Positions 1 through 13,961 of a stretch of DNA of 64,000 nt are shown here, in pieces (the first letter of the stretch is position 1; each line of letters begins with the position of its first letter). The notes under the pieces are model-generated. The model was not told the origin of the DNA, did no database searches, and saw only the letters and a program-made list of their open reading frames with translations. Source of the DNA: Tubulanus polymorphus (taxonomy: Eukaryota; Animalia; Nemertea); NCBI RefSeq assembly GCF_964204645.1, contig NC_134031.1, positions 19,475,910-19,539,909 on the forward strand, given 5' to 3'. The position numbers were made by a program, and so were the translations under genes.

Positions 1-1340
1 CGACGCCTGTATCAGGATTCGGAAGCAATATACGTTTCACTGATATGTCGCGAAGACCGATTACCAACACGTCGCCATTTCAAGTGCCCTCGAGAAATGC
101 TCACGAAAAATCACCCGCAGCAGGTTGAAAGAACTTAATCAAGTAAATCAACTTTCATTCAATAAGATCAGTTTTCACTTGGAATCTGCCGTGTTGACAA
201 ATTTTGATAATGTCCAAATTTCGAAACCTCGTCTCTGCTCGCAGCAGGGCATGGATAGTATGGCCCCTTTTAAAGTTTATGCCTTTTTCATTTTATTGTG
301 CCGTAGTCGTTTAGTGGCCCTGTATCCACCCCTGATGGACCCGTGCCCGTTTGACTCGCGCTAAATTTGGCTCGACCAAAAGGCAACTGCTCAAATCATT
401 CTGCGTGGGTGGGTCTGGTTCGGAACTTCAGGTTAATGTATATATTAACCATCACGCCGATCCAAATATAGCGCACCATCTCAATAAACACGGGCGTCGA
501 TGCACGCGAAGGCGATACTTATGATCACAAAATACGTCATAGTATCAACACAACTAATTAATCGAATACTCAGTTGTACATATTGTCACGCGTTTTTAAA
601 AGGGACGTGTTCATTGTACATCAGTCTAATCATGACAAACATTAGACATTTAAAACTTTCGTGAACGGAAGGTTTAATTTGTCAGTGATGGAATACACGC
701 TACCGAACATTATGTTGTACTAAGAATAGAATTTGTTTCTTTCGGAACGGATCTAAGATTAAAAAAAAAAGATTCTCCGTGAATAAAAAGTGTAACTGTC
801 CAAAGCGCGTGACGTAGATGCGATGCGATTGACGTACACCGCCCTTTACATCTACTGTAAGGGGTAGAATAATTTTTTTCGCTTATTTTTCCCAAGGGGT
901 TTATTTATTTATTAATGGAAAGATACCAACATCCGCTATCCCACCAGATGGCGTGACGAGCGCTCGGTACATCAATATTCCTAAAATTTCATGTTGAAAT
1001 TAGTTATTATCATCAATCAGCTTTGAACTGAATTTTAAGCTCCCAAACACATACATTATTACAGGATCCACCAAATATACATGAATTCAATTTTCTACCC
1101 AGTGATTGGTATAGCTTTCATAAAAAATGTATTTATTCAAGAGAAAAGTTCATTTGATTTTCAGTGAAACGTAAAATAAATTTAACCTAGCAGACTGAGG
1201 AACTACTAGCGAACCCTAGCGGATCTTCTCTCGCCATAAGTAGAATCCTCGATTGCCACAGTAGCATTGGTAGGTATTTATTGCTGTATTGTGCTTGGAA
1301 ATCATCCTTGGGATATATAATAATATAATCATATTCTTAC

Positions 1341-4300
1341 CCATCAAAGCGACCCGTTTAGGGGTTAGGCACTTCCTCAAACAAGAGAACGTTTTCGTAC
1401 TGTCGAGAAATGCAAATGGTTCAGTCGGATTGGAACCGAGACATTCCGTGGCTATCGCGTCGTCACTCAGTAGAATGGCCGTGCAGTACACGTAACTAAC
1501 ACATCCTGCCATGCACATCTTCTTCGAATTTATCGGAACCGCCCAATTTCTCAGCCTCCCGTTACAGTGAATCTCTTGGCAGGTTTCAACGGCAAAATCC
1601 ACATCGGAGCCGCTCGTCGGGGAAGGCAACATCACGACCGCTGCTGAAAAATGAAAATCAATCAAAAAAAGTTTAAAACGATATTAAGATACCGACTCAA
1701 TAAACTCAGCGTTTAACGAATAGCGACATTTTTTCATCGGATGAGTATCTGGTGGATCCTTGATTGCCATAGTCGAATGCAGAGGCCACGGGGTAGTAGT
1801 ATAGAGCGCAATGAAATCGGGTATTAAAACGATTGAGTAAAATAGATACATAGCCGTGTAAAAAACAAACTCATCGCGATCGAGAAAGCTCGGCATCAAT
1901 ATCTTCAAACTCATAGTTTCTCACGTAACATTCGTTCGCAATTTCGTGGCATTTCAATTAAAGAATAGTAATACATGGCTATACAGTTTCTGACGCCAAC
2001 GATGAGAATTATTCTCCATTAGCGTCTGGTGCGGTTTACCCACGAGCCACCCGCTTAGCCCCTTACCAGTAATGGGATTAGATGGTCATAATGCAGAAGA
2101 ATAATGGACGTTCAATATTACGCTAAAGGCCGGTTTTAAGATAAAACCTGCATACTTCGTTCATCCATATATATATATGTGTATATTATGTCATTCATAT
2201 ACTATACGATCGTGTTATTGATATCCACGTATTTCAATGATGCGGACTACAAGCCTTTGACTAAGCTGTTTATGTGAAGGTCTCGCTGGTACCGGTCATC
2301 AAGGCGGATTCCGGTGGTCGATGAAACAGCGAGAGATGAGAAACCTTAAGAGGAGCTTAAAAGATTAGTCTTAATCTATACTTAGAGGTTACGACTAAGA
2401 CGTCATACTCAGTATATCGATGAGAACTCTAAACAAGATGACACCTTTTCGAACATAAAAGGCTCGTAGTCAAAAGTCCGTGTACTGATCTTTTGTCCGG
2501 ATTCGTTTTAATGGACATGAAACAGCCTCGTCGAGGCGTACGTAATACATCAAATGGATTGTACTTGGGGGAACTGGCCGGAAATAACCGCGCATTGTCG
2601 GCGTCGAGGCGACCGATAAGTACCACAAGAAAGTAAACGATAATGCGTGAACGACAGCAATCATTATATTTCTTCACAGCAACAGCAAGTTTTCGCTCCT
2701 AATTATCTAAGGTTCTGTTGGGTATTGCCGGCGCGTTACTTTCATACACTCGACGTGGATTAATTCGATTTTCCGTCGTATCCATCCACACCGACCTTTC
2801 GTAATATAACACTAATACTGAGTCCAGATCGGGGCGTGATACAGAGCGTGTCTTGTGTCGTGTTCACTTTTATTCTGGTGGCGAAGAAAATCACGTCAAT
2901 CTCTCTATAGTAAACATAATCCCTTCTTGCCTTGATGGCCCGATCCTACCTTGCCAGGGATTCGAACCTTGATGGCGTTGCTAGTCGGCGAGACCGGGTG
3001 CGCAGGTACATGTGCAAGTGAAGTATTTTCATTATGCGGATATGGGAAAATTCTCTCCACACTGAGACTAAAAAGACTGAAATTAATATCTAGATTTTCA
3101 GTTCACAGGAACCCGTATCAGAGTTGTAGGTACTGTAAAAACTATAATCCGTTAATCCAGTGTCTATAATATATACGTATAAAATCACCTAAGTTATTTT
3201 ATTTACAGATTATCGTTTAACAACTCTGATGCGAGCCCTTGTGGTTCAGACTACGCCGCACATATTACAGACTTTCCTCCCTAGATTGAAAAGGAATAAA
3301 CTCAGCCTGATACTTTGAGGGATTACATCAACGAGACAACAAACATGGCAAGCATTTGCAATTCTGGTGTCTTCATTTGTATCTAAACGACTGATTTTTA
3401 AACACGCACTCGAGACTTTATTAAAAATATGTAAAACGCGTTGGAAAAGGCTCCCAAGGCGAGAGATCCCGCTTGTCAACGAAACTAACTGGAAGTTTAA
3501 TTTCGTCGACCGAGTTGACATGTAAATGCTAAGGTGAAGCCTTGCAGCGGAATGTACCGCGTTTGATGAGTTGAACATTGTTATTTTCAGGATAGCGGCA
3601 AAATATCGACTAAGCTTGAAATATGTAATTATTCCCCTGTCATACAGCCAACACCTCAAAAAAACCGTCGACAATTTTCATGACTAAACGAATAGATGAT
3701 AATAATTTGTTATCTTTTTATATCTTTGCTGACGCTATCAGAAAAAAAGGTTGTATTTATTTCATGCTCAATAGAATCTTACCAGACCGCATTCATAACT
3801 TTTTCTTATGACATATTGTATTTCATTTCTGATTATCAAAATAAACGCTATTTATGTTAAAATTATCGGTGCAAAATATCTTCATTCATAAATGTCGATA
3901 TTATTCACAGGTAGTTTGTTGTTGTTGTTCGCACCCATGGATCATTACAGTTGAACCTCGTTATAACAAGTAACGAACAGATTTTTTGGCCCCATGAAGT
4001 TCGTTGATACTGTATTGTTCCACTTATTGACACCTTGGACAATTCATGTTTGTGGCCAGTTTCTATTTACCTAGCTTTTCGAGAATGTTGTGTCAAACTT
4101 TTTTGTTCATCTCGATAGAATTGTCCTTTTGTGGTGTCAAATAAACCCACCACACCTGCCGGGAACGAGACAGGAGTTTTGATTTTGAAATCGGAAATCG
4201 AAGTACAGATGGAGTTAGATGGAGTTAGATAGCCTGTCGAATCAACGCCTACATATTTGTTTTTTTTTTTAAATCAAAGAATTTCGGCTCGGAATCATGC

Positions 4301-7300
4301 AAACAAACTATCCATCCATCCTGAACTGATAAACGACTGATTGCGGTATATTTTTGTTGAATGACTAATCTAATGCATCGAGATTTGAAGGTATAAGGCG
4401 ATAACGGCGGTGATTCGTATACTGCTCACAGATACTCTAAGATCCGATGAATTATGCTTCGAGGAGTGAATAATTCTAAATTTCGGGTTGGTTGAACATT
4501 TTCCATATCCAGATGAATTTCTGATGACGCATTTGCATGTACAGTGTAATAACCTGTTGTCTGACGCCGTCGTCAGTGTTCAATTTCGATGATCAAAATC
4601 ATGAAGCATTGATTGAATACTCGACGAGTTATTATGAGATTTTATTAGTTCGTGATGTCTCGAGATCTCGTATACAGGTGTTTCGATCATCTTAAACAAG
4701 TCCCGTTGTCCCTGTTGCTCAGATCATTGATCGGCTTGTAGGGATAAGAGATATCGAAATGAAATAAATGAAGAAATCCCACACTTCGAATTTGAAATTA
4801 TACTATCAAATTTATCATTACGAAACCACAACGTTTCGGCTGTTGACTAACAGCCATCATTATTCCACCTGATGATGGCTGTTAGTCAACAGCCGAAACG
4901 TTGTGGTTTCGTAATAATAAATTTGATAGTATAATTTCAAATTCGAAGTGTGGGATTTCTTCATTTATCTACAGTTTACACGGATTATAGTGTTTATTCG
5001 ACAACTATCGAAATGAAAGATTTTATCCCGGCGCTTAGTGGGTGGTGAGGCGAATAGATTTTCCTCCCTTAACGATGAAATATCTCCCACGGGTTTACTA
5101 TGTTTTTGACCGTGGATTTTTATGTATTTTCGTAGGTTTTATTTCTAAAAGTGTCGGATTTAACATCGTTTCCATGTCTACTGAAAGTCGAGATCTGAAA
5201 CCCTGGATTCCGAGCAGAGACCGAATGTCAAGTCGTATACGTTTCTACAGCGCGTATGAATGAATATTATGCGGTCTTGTTCGTATTCCTATCGGGATTT
5301 TTGAATCTGAATCAATGAAGTATTCTCTATTACAGAAATCTGTTCAACATAAGGAGAGCCATATATACATACTTGAACGACCTCCAGATTATCTACTTTG
5401 AATAGTTATATGAAATTACATTGCCTTTTGATGAAGATGAAACCAGACTCTCGAAGTTTGAAAAGCGAACAGGGTCCGTTTTGGAGAGAGATGACCGCCG
5501 GCTTGACGCAACTCAAAACTAGATATCCTATGAGATAGCCGGCGTCCGAATTATCTATACAATTCTTATTATTCCTCGATATCTATTGAGCTCCCGATAC
5601 CAAAAATGGCGGATGTAATTTTAGACAAATTCCCGGCGGGCTGGTATTGCGCAGGTTTGTTGATTAAGCAGATCACCAGAGTTAGGATCACGCGGTCCCT
5701 AGCGATCGTCATACGGTTATATACTTCATCAAGTAAATATATGATACAACGGTGAAATTCCGTCGATTGACGAATATCGTACAAAATATCCCTAGAGAAA
5801 ACAATTGCCATCGATATTGATATAAAATAATCACCGATACTATAAAACAAAGTAAGACAGAAGACCTTTCGTCGCGGCCACGGGTACGAATTTCTTTGAC
5901 TGGTCTCATGTGACGTCCAGGCTGCGTCTCAGCGAAAACTGGCGAAGCCGATGAAACTGGGCTCAAGGACCATAAATTTTTGGTCGATGTTTGTCGGAGG
6001 TAATCAACGCACAGCTGGAATTCTTACTTCCGTATCAGTACGCAGAAGCTAAATGAATAAATCACACAAGAATAAAGCTTTTCATTTCGATCTCTGCCCA
6101 TCGGCTCTTTTGAAAACTCGTTATTACAGAAAGGATTGATCGATGCCGAGAACTGTTCTCGCGTCAATGAAGTTCGCATAACAAGAATGTACTCTCGTCA
6201 CGATAGCTGGTAAAAAAACGCCGTGTCGCGCGGGGTTAACGGTTTCCGATAGAGACAATCGAGAGACCAGGTGTGATAAAACAGGAAAGCAATGACTATC
6301 GTAGGCGCTATTATCCGCAGATTGCCAGCTACAAAACATCAATGATAGCGAGAGAATGAAATTAGCCTTCAATAAGGCGTCCATATCCGGCTCGCTCAAA
6401 TCAATCAATTCTCGGGCGGCAATGTCTTCATTGAAGAAATTGTGACGTCACACTCTACGTATTTTACACTTATTACAGAAAACCTCGCCTACCTCTGACT
6501 TGCTCAACTCATATTTCAACGAACTCGGACAAAAACGAGATCATTTTTTGATTTCCTATCTTTTCAAAAGTATATCTCGGACTTCGCTTACCTAAGATCG
6601 ATCCCGCTACGTCCGAGTTAGGCGAGGTTTGCTGTAGACCAATTTGAGTAGAGTTGATTCGTTAATTCATCATTAGAGACGTCTTAACTCAGTTTGACCA
6701 GAAGGGGGTACCCCATGCGGATCATATCGCTGGCCACGTGTAGTTCGGCAAAAATGATGAAAGCGCGCGCGTGGAGTGATTTAATAAACTGCACCGATCC
6801 CCATTATGGCTCATGCATAGATGCGTATTCAATTAATGTTAATTTAATCTGATTTGCCTTTAGGTATAAGGAATTTATACCGTGAATTAGATTGTCGGTG
6901 TAATTCGCAATAAGCAAACTTTATGAGCTTCAATTGATAAATCATTAGTCGATGATATTCTGATGTAAATGTCAATTTCGAATTATAGTTTAACGATGTA
7001 TTTGCATCTAAGGCAGGGCTGAAACTCATACGTGACGCACAACTCGTATTTTCATCTTACTATTACCAATCTTATTTTCCCAACCGTTGACTCAGACCTA
7101 TATTATGCAGGGCCCACTTTTCTTAGTTAAGCGAGATTAGTTATCGATATCTACGTTTATATTTGGCGAGTATATTAAAAATTATTATGATTTAGACTTA
7201 GGGGCTGTCCATATAAGACGTCCACACAAAATTGCAACACTTTGACCCCCTCCTCATGTCCACGGAATATCCACATCGCACTAACCCTCTCCCCTGCCCG

Positions 7301-8564
7301 TTGGACAAACAAATCAATTAAGGACATCGATGCCCAGTCATGCAAAATGAGGTTTTTTTTCATTCACATAATCATTTACTGTACACTCTGGACTACATTT
7401 TGTTATTCCATACATTAACATGAAAACAAATCTAAGTGAACTGTTTCTCATCTTATTCGAAGTTGCAGTGATCATCCATTTAAAGCACTAAATGGGTTTA
7501 TAGGAATTAAGATGTCCACATCCAAACAAACCCCTCCCCTTGTCCACAAAAGTCCAAAATTCACAAACCCCCTACTCCCCTCGGCCCTGGACGTCTTTCA
7601 TAGACAGCACCTTATGAAAATAAGAAAACTGACTTGATTCACCCGATGTAAAATTGATGACAGCGAACGCTAAAGATATTCATAACATCAACCGTCAAAA
7701 ACCGTCGTCAAAAATCGACTTCTTAAACATACACCAATTTTCAATAAGGCCATACTTTTTTTCGTGTGTCAATTTCCGTCATCGGTAAACGTATATTTGT
7801 CGAGGAAATTGACGGATGTTGAAAGCAGAGAAACCACTGTGTGATTCATATCCAGTTAATATGCTTACACGGAAGTATATCGACACTTATCCCTCGGCTA
7901 ATACCTGACCAATATTTCTCAGATTTCACGCATACGCCTCATTCAGCTTAACAACATTGAACGGCGTTTTCCGTTTATTGCGGAGAAAGAAAAGATAAAA
8001 AAAAATACCTACATATCGCCGAGCCGTCATCGAAAAATAAGTTTTTGATGGAACAAAATAAATTTTTTTGACGAAACAAAAAAAAATGTCAGCGCATCAT
8101 TACGACTGACGCGTACGTGCACCAGTGACACGCATGAAAATACGAAACGAAAAACAAAAAATCACCCATTTCATGTTTGGTTTCTATATAGATAAAACAC
8201 TTATCACAGCGACTTTCTGATACAATTGAAGAGAAAACCCGCAATGAAGTAAAACTATAATAGAGGATTTTGACGTTTCGGTCTGGTTCAATCAGTTTTG
8301 GAAAATGGATCACAGCATTTGAGTGAAAACGTCAAAATCCGAATTGATTTTTCCTCTACACCGAGACAATCCCAAATTCGTAGCCGATTATCAACGCAAT
8401 ATTTAAACCTTTAGTTCTTTGTAGATTGTATTTTTTTTTTAAATTTCAGCTTCGGCCGAGATTGTTGCAATTGAAGTATGCAAAAATATGGTAATATTTA
8501 CGAATGGTTTATACTTACTGAAGGCCAGAACTAGTCCGGTAAAGAAATCTTTATACATCGTCAT
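1341..8564 (-). CDS. Putative secreted/extracellular Cys-rich protein, 5' part (coding exons 8564-8519 and 1643-1341; 3' end unresolved)
   Basis: ATG at 8564 gives MTMYKDFFTGLVLAF followed by a strong phase-1 donor GTAAGTAT. It joins in phase to the TTTTCAG acceptor at 1643, giving a continuous signal-peptide-like stretch (…GLVLAFTAVVMLPSPTSG). The 303-nt phase 1-1 exon has 8 Cys (CQEIHC…CMAGCVSYVYC…C…CLRKC) and ends at GTAAGAAT. Probable 5'UTR exons lie at ~8565-8815 and ~8937-9140. The ~6.9-kb intron is inferred. Confidence 0.5.
4765..5005 (+). mobile_element. Penelope-like element remnant (inverted pLTR pair)
   Basis: 97-bp inverted arms at 4764-4860 and 4872-4968 (1 mismatch), a 37-nt extension after the right arm, a 13-bp direct repeat TATCGAAATGAAA at 4752-4764 and 5006-5018 (TSD), and an internal hammerhead motif. 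Confidence 0.75.
4865..4906 (+). ncRNA. Minimal type I hammerhead ribozyme motif
   Basis: CCAC-CTGATGA-T-GGCTGTT(AGTC)AACAGCC-GAAA-CG-TT-GTGG: stem I CCAC/GTGG, complete catalytic core, 7-bp stem II, palindromic ACGT in place of stem III, GUU cleavage triplet. Confidence 0.75.
6476..6634. mobile_element. Tc1/mariner (Tigger/pogo-like) MITE
   Basis: TA|CAGAAAACCTCGCCTA … TAGGCGAGGTTTGCTG|TA terminal inverted repeats with TA flanks. Confidence 0.65.
7201..7611. mobile_element. PIF/Harbinger-type MITE
   Basis: TTA|GGGGCTGTCCATATAAGACGTCC … GGACGTCTTTCATAGACAGCACC|TTA; 3-bp TTA TSD. Confidence 0.7.
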
Positions 8565-10490
8565 GTTACCACTGTCGAATTTGACTTAATGTTCTGAGCG
8601 CAGATGCACTTTCGTCTTGTCCGTCACGTGGATTGTTCTGAAACTTCTCGGTGGAATCGTCGTCGATATTATAACTCAACGTCAAACGCACGCGCGTGAC
8701 GCCGTTTACGTCACTGTGGGTGGCGTTAACAACGCTGGAACGCTTTGTAATTAGCCGTTCGTTAATGGCCGCTGACCGGTAAGGTACATGCGAATACGCT
8801 GAAATATTTCGAATCCTGTAAATGACAGGACTAATTTTACCCCATCATGGGCCAGTCACCTTCTTACGTACGCGTATAATTATACGTTCAGCTACTAGGG
8901 TGCTAGCGCAATCTACCCCTAGTTATTGATAATTACCTCGAGAAACTGCTCGATAATTGCTACGTCACCAATTTTGTATCATTCACAGCTTTGTGACGCA
9001 CTGTCATTTCTGGAGTTTCGCACGTCGGTCTCTTTTTTACTGTAACAACTGTTGCGTCGCCTGGTTCCCATCTTGAGTATTTTTTCTGATATGTCAGTGC
9101 TGATGTATCAGATTCGAACAAAGTGACAGTATCGGTAATTTGAAATATTTTCACTATAATCTTAGTAACGCTGTTGACCGTTCAGTGGTCCAGTTCATAG
9201 TAAAGGGCTAAGGACTTTTCAGTAGGTACCAACCATGAAAGATGCGAATGAGAATCGATCGGGTGGCTTACTAGGGGGCGAGGAAAAATGGAGCGATGAG
9301 TGATTTTACATGAATCATGGACAAAGTTTAGAGTTCGGGATGGCTGAATATTCCAAGATCATGATTTCCGCCAGACGCGAAACAAATGAGATGCCGAAAC
9401 AAGAGCGTTATGTGACATCGATGTTAGAATCATATCACGCGTGCGGAGATTTGATTGAAATCTCACATCAATTCTGATTTTACATCACGCGTATTATAAT
9501 TTCAGAGTCAAACTGTGGGAAAAGGCGTGGGAAGTGAACCGTCGATATAGTGGGTGGCTCTGAATACAAAACCTTGCACCAACTCAATTGAAATTTACTG
9601 TTAAAGCTTACTGCAATTTCAAAGTACCAGTTGCAAAATAAATCAATGGGAAAAAACAAGGAGAAAAGGAACGCCGAGAAACCATACTCGCAATGTCGAT
9701 CATTTTTGATAAATTACTGGCTGACATAATGAATGTTTATTATCTTGAGGTCAAACAAACATATATGAAAGAAAACCCATCCCTAAAACCAACACAGAAA
9801 ACGCCTACTCAATGATAGGGATTAATATTTGTGAAACTTGGCCTAATGGTATTAAGTAGTTTTTATAACGCGTGTTCTAGTTTTATCCCACGACATTTTC
9901 AGAGCATCGCCAACGACAACAAAAAATAGTACCGGTACACTTTAGTTTGTTGATTTTCTTATTCATTTAAATTATTTTGGGTGGTTTCCTACTGAACGAG
10001 GGCAGGCCGGGGTGCCTTCGCAAAACGATTTAATTATGCTGGCTTCGCCTGCAAATCATCAAAGCGCCCTGCTGCCGGCATCACATTTAAATTCATTTTG
10101 TTTTAACTTTAACAATATGTGAATTTTCAGCTGTGCACTTAACTTAATTTCGACTCGGACATATTACTATTTTTTCTGAAGGTAATCAGGTGCAAACTAT
10201 TTTATCTATGCAACTTGAACCAAAGAAAAAAAAATGGAGCATCGCGGTTCGTAGTAAAACGCGGATTATCGAAACGACGTACATTAATTCAGGATTCGAA
10301 CTGAACTGAATGGAGTCAGTCAATTCAATTTCAATCCAATTTCTGTCTCCGGCGACTAGCCACGAGTCACCACTTGCCCTTATATAAACTTCTATTTCCG
10401 GGTTCAGCTGTCATTTCATAACTAACAGTTGAGGGCAGTAGTAAACGTGCGAGAACACGCGTCTGAGAGACCTCGAAAAAACCGTTCAAA

Positions 10491-12297
<1,807 letters not shown>

Positions 12298-13961
12298 TAT
12301 TTACTCGATTTTAATTCGGAATGATGGGTTTTTAATGATTTTACGGCGATTTATCTGTGATACGCGTTAAAAGGGTCTGAACTGATTATACGAAACATGA
12401 TGAGGTCGCAGATTATGATACATAGTAGGTTAGAGAGTAAATAGGTTGCAAGCTTTTTGGAACGGTCTCGTTATAAAGCAAGTTTCTTATTCCGGTTTAG
12501 GAATAGCGGTTCAAAATTACTAACTCTCTACAGGCAGCGTCTATTGAGTTTACTGATTGTGCTATGGTCGACATACTGCCCACATCGGTGATTGAACATT
12601 TTGGTGGTATAGAGAGTATGGCGATGCAAGATAATTCGGACGAGATTCAAGATGAAATAAAGATATGCCACACCCCGGCATTAGGCAGGGATGCTGATAT
12701 ATCGGGGTGGACTATTCCTGAATTCATTGAGCATAATCTGGTCGAAATGAGAATTCTGGAATCGGTTGAGACCAATTGAAACCTGGGGCCAGTTAGCTCA
12801 AAGGTTGGCTAAATACAACCAGCGGAAAAATACCATGATGGTAACTTTTAATTGACACTATGTCAACTGGTCAACTCAAACCATGGACTCTAAAACGAAG
12901 TCCATGCTCTAACCAACCTTTGACAACTGGCACCCACCTATGAAATTTCCTTCTAAATCTAATAGGGATGGTTGTTTTCATTTTTATGATCTCAACTTCT
13001 TGTATATTGTACCAGTGATTTGAGAGGGTTGCCTTCTGATCCCGGACTGTATTCCTCTTGTCGTATGCCGCATATAATTATATAATATATATATATATAT
13101 ATATATCCTAATAAAGTTTATGGTTAATGATATCAATTTACTGTTGAAAAAGTTGTTGCCCGATTTTCAATCGGATTTACAATCTCGCTTTCATCTGACA
13201 GTCGATAGGACAAAAGGAATGAAATCACAATAAGATTTTAGTATTCAAAAATAGACATTTATTGATTCACTATTTGAATACAAATATATAGTGCATAAAA
13301 TTCAAATGCATTTAAAAATTATATACAGTCGCCGATATCTACAAACAATATTATGCAATCCAAGCAGAATAAATGTACCGCATGAACTTATCTGCCGGAT
13401 AAGTTGTCTAGTCTAGAAAAGACCTTATATAAAAATATGAGGACGGTGAAATAATGAATTTCTTCATTAACCCAGATGTCGCCCTGTGCATATCGATGTA
13501 CAGTAGCTTACATAATTCTACGATAATATAAAACAAATTCAGTGCAATTTCAACAATATGGTGCAAAATAGCAACGCAAGAAAAGCTTAATAGAAAAAAT
13601 AAATCAATCTAATCAACAACATTTGATTCATGGTAAGAAAATCGTAATTAAAACGGGAAAACATTATCACAGTCATTTATAAAAAGCTTAGCAGTTTGAA
13701 AGGTAATTTAACGGTAAAAATCCTAGATATAATGGATGGAAATTTCAATGTTTACAGTTATTAGATTTGTACAGTACTTTACCCTGCTTTACTCTCTCTA
13801 GCCACGTGGCAACATAAGAATGTCTTAAAATATAATTATTTATCACACATCAAATTCTTTTTAGAAAGAATTTGTTCCTTGTTGAGTATTTTTAGTGGCG
13901 ATTCTACTTAATTAACGAATGGTAATTATTAATTTATTGGTTACTGTGATTACGAGTAGTT

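Noticed and set aside
1684-1914. 76-aa ORF as first exon of the Cys-rich gene
   Set aside because: Its only plausible donor is phase 0, whereas the 1643 acceptor needs phase 1.
2429-8313. Assorted 60-140 aa ORFs in 2.4-8.3 kb, 31-34.5 kb and 54.8-56 kb
   Set aside because: No recognisable motifs or consistent splice phases; many use non-ATG starts.
12564-12779. 71-aa acidic ORF after C1orf50
   Set aside because: Lies in the probable 3'UTR before AATAAA (~13090) with no family signal or splice support.
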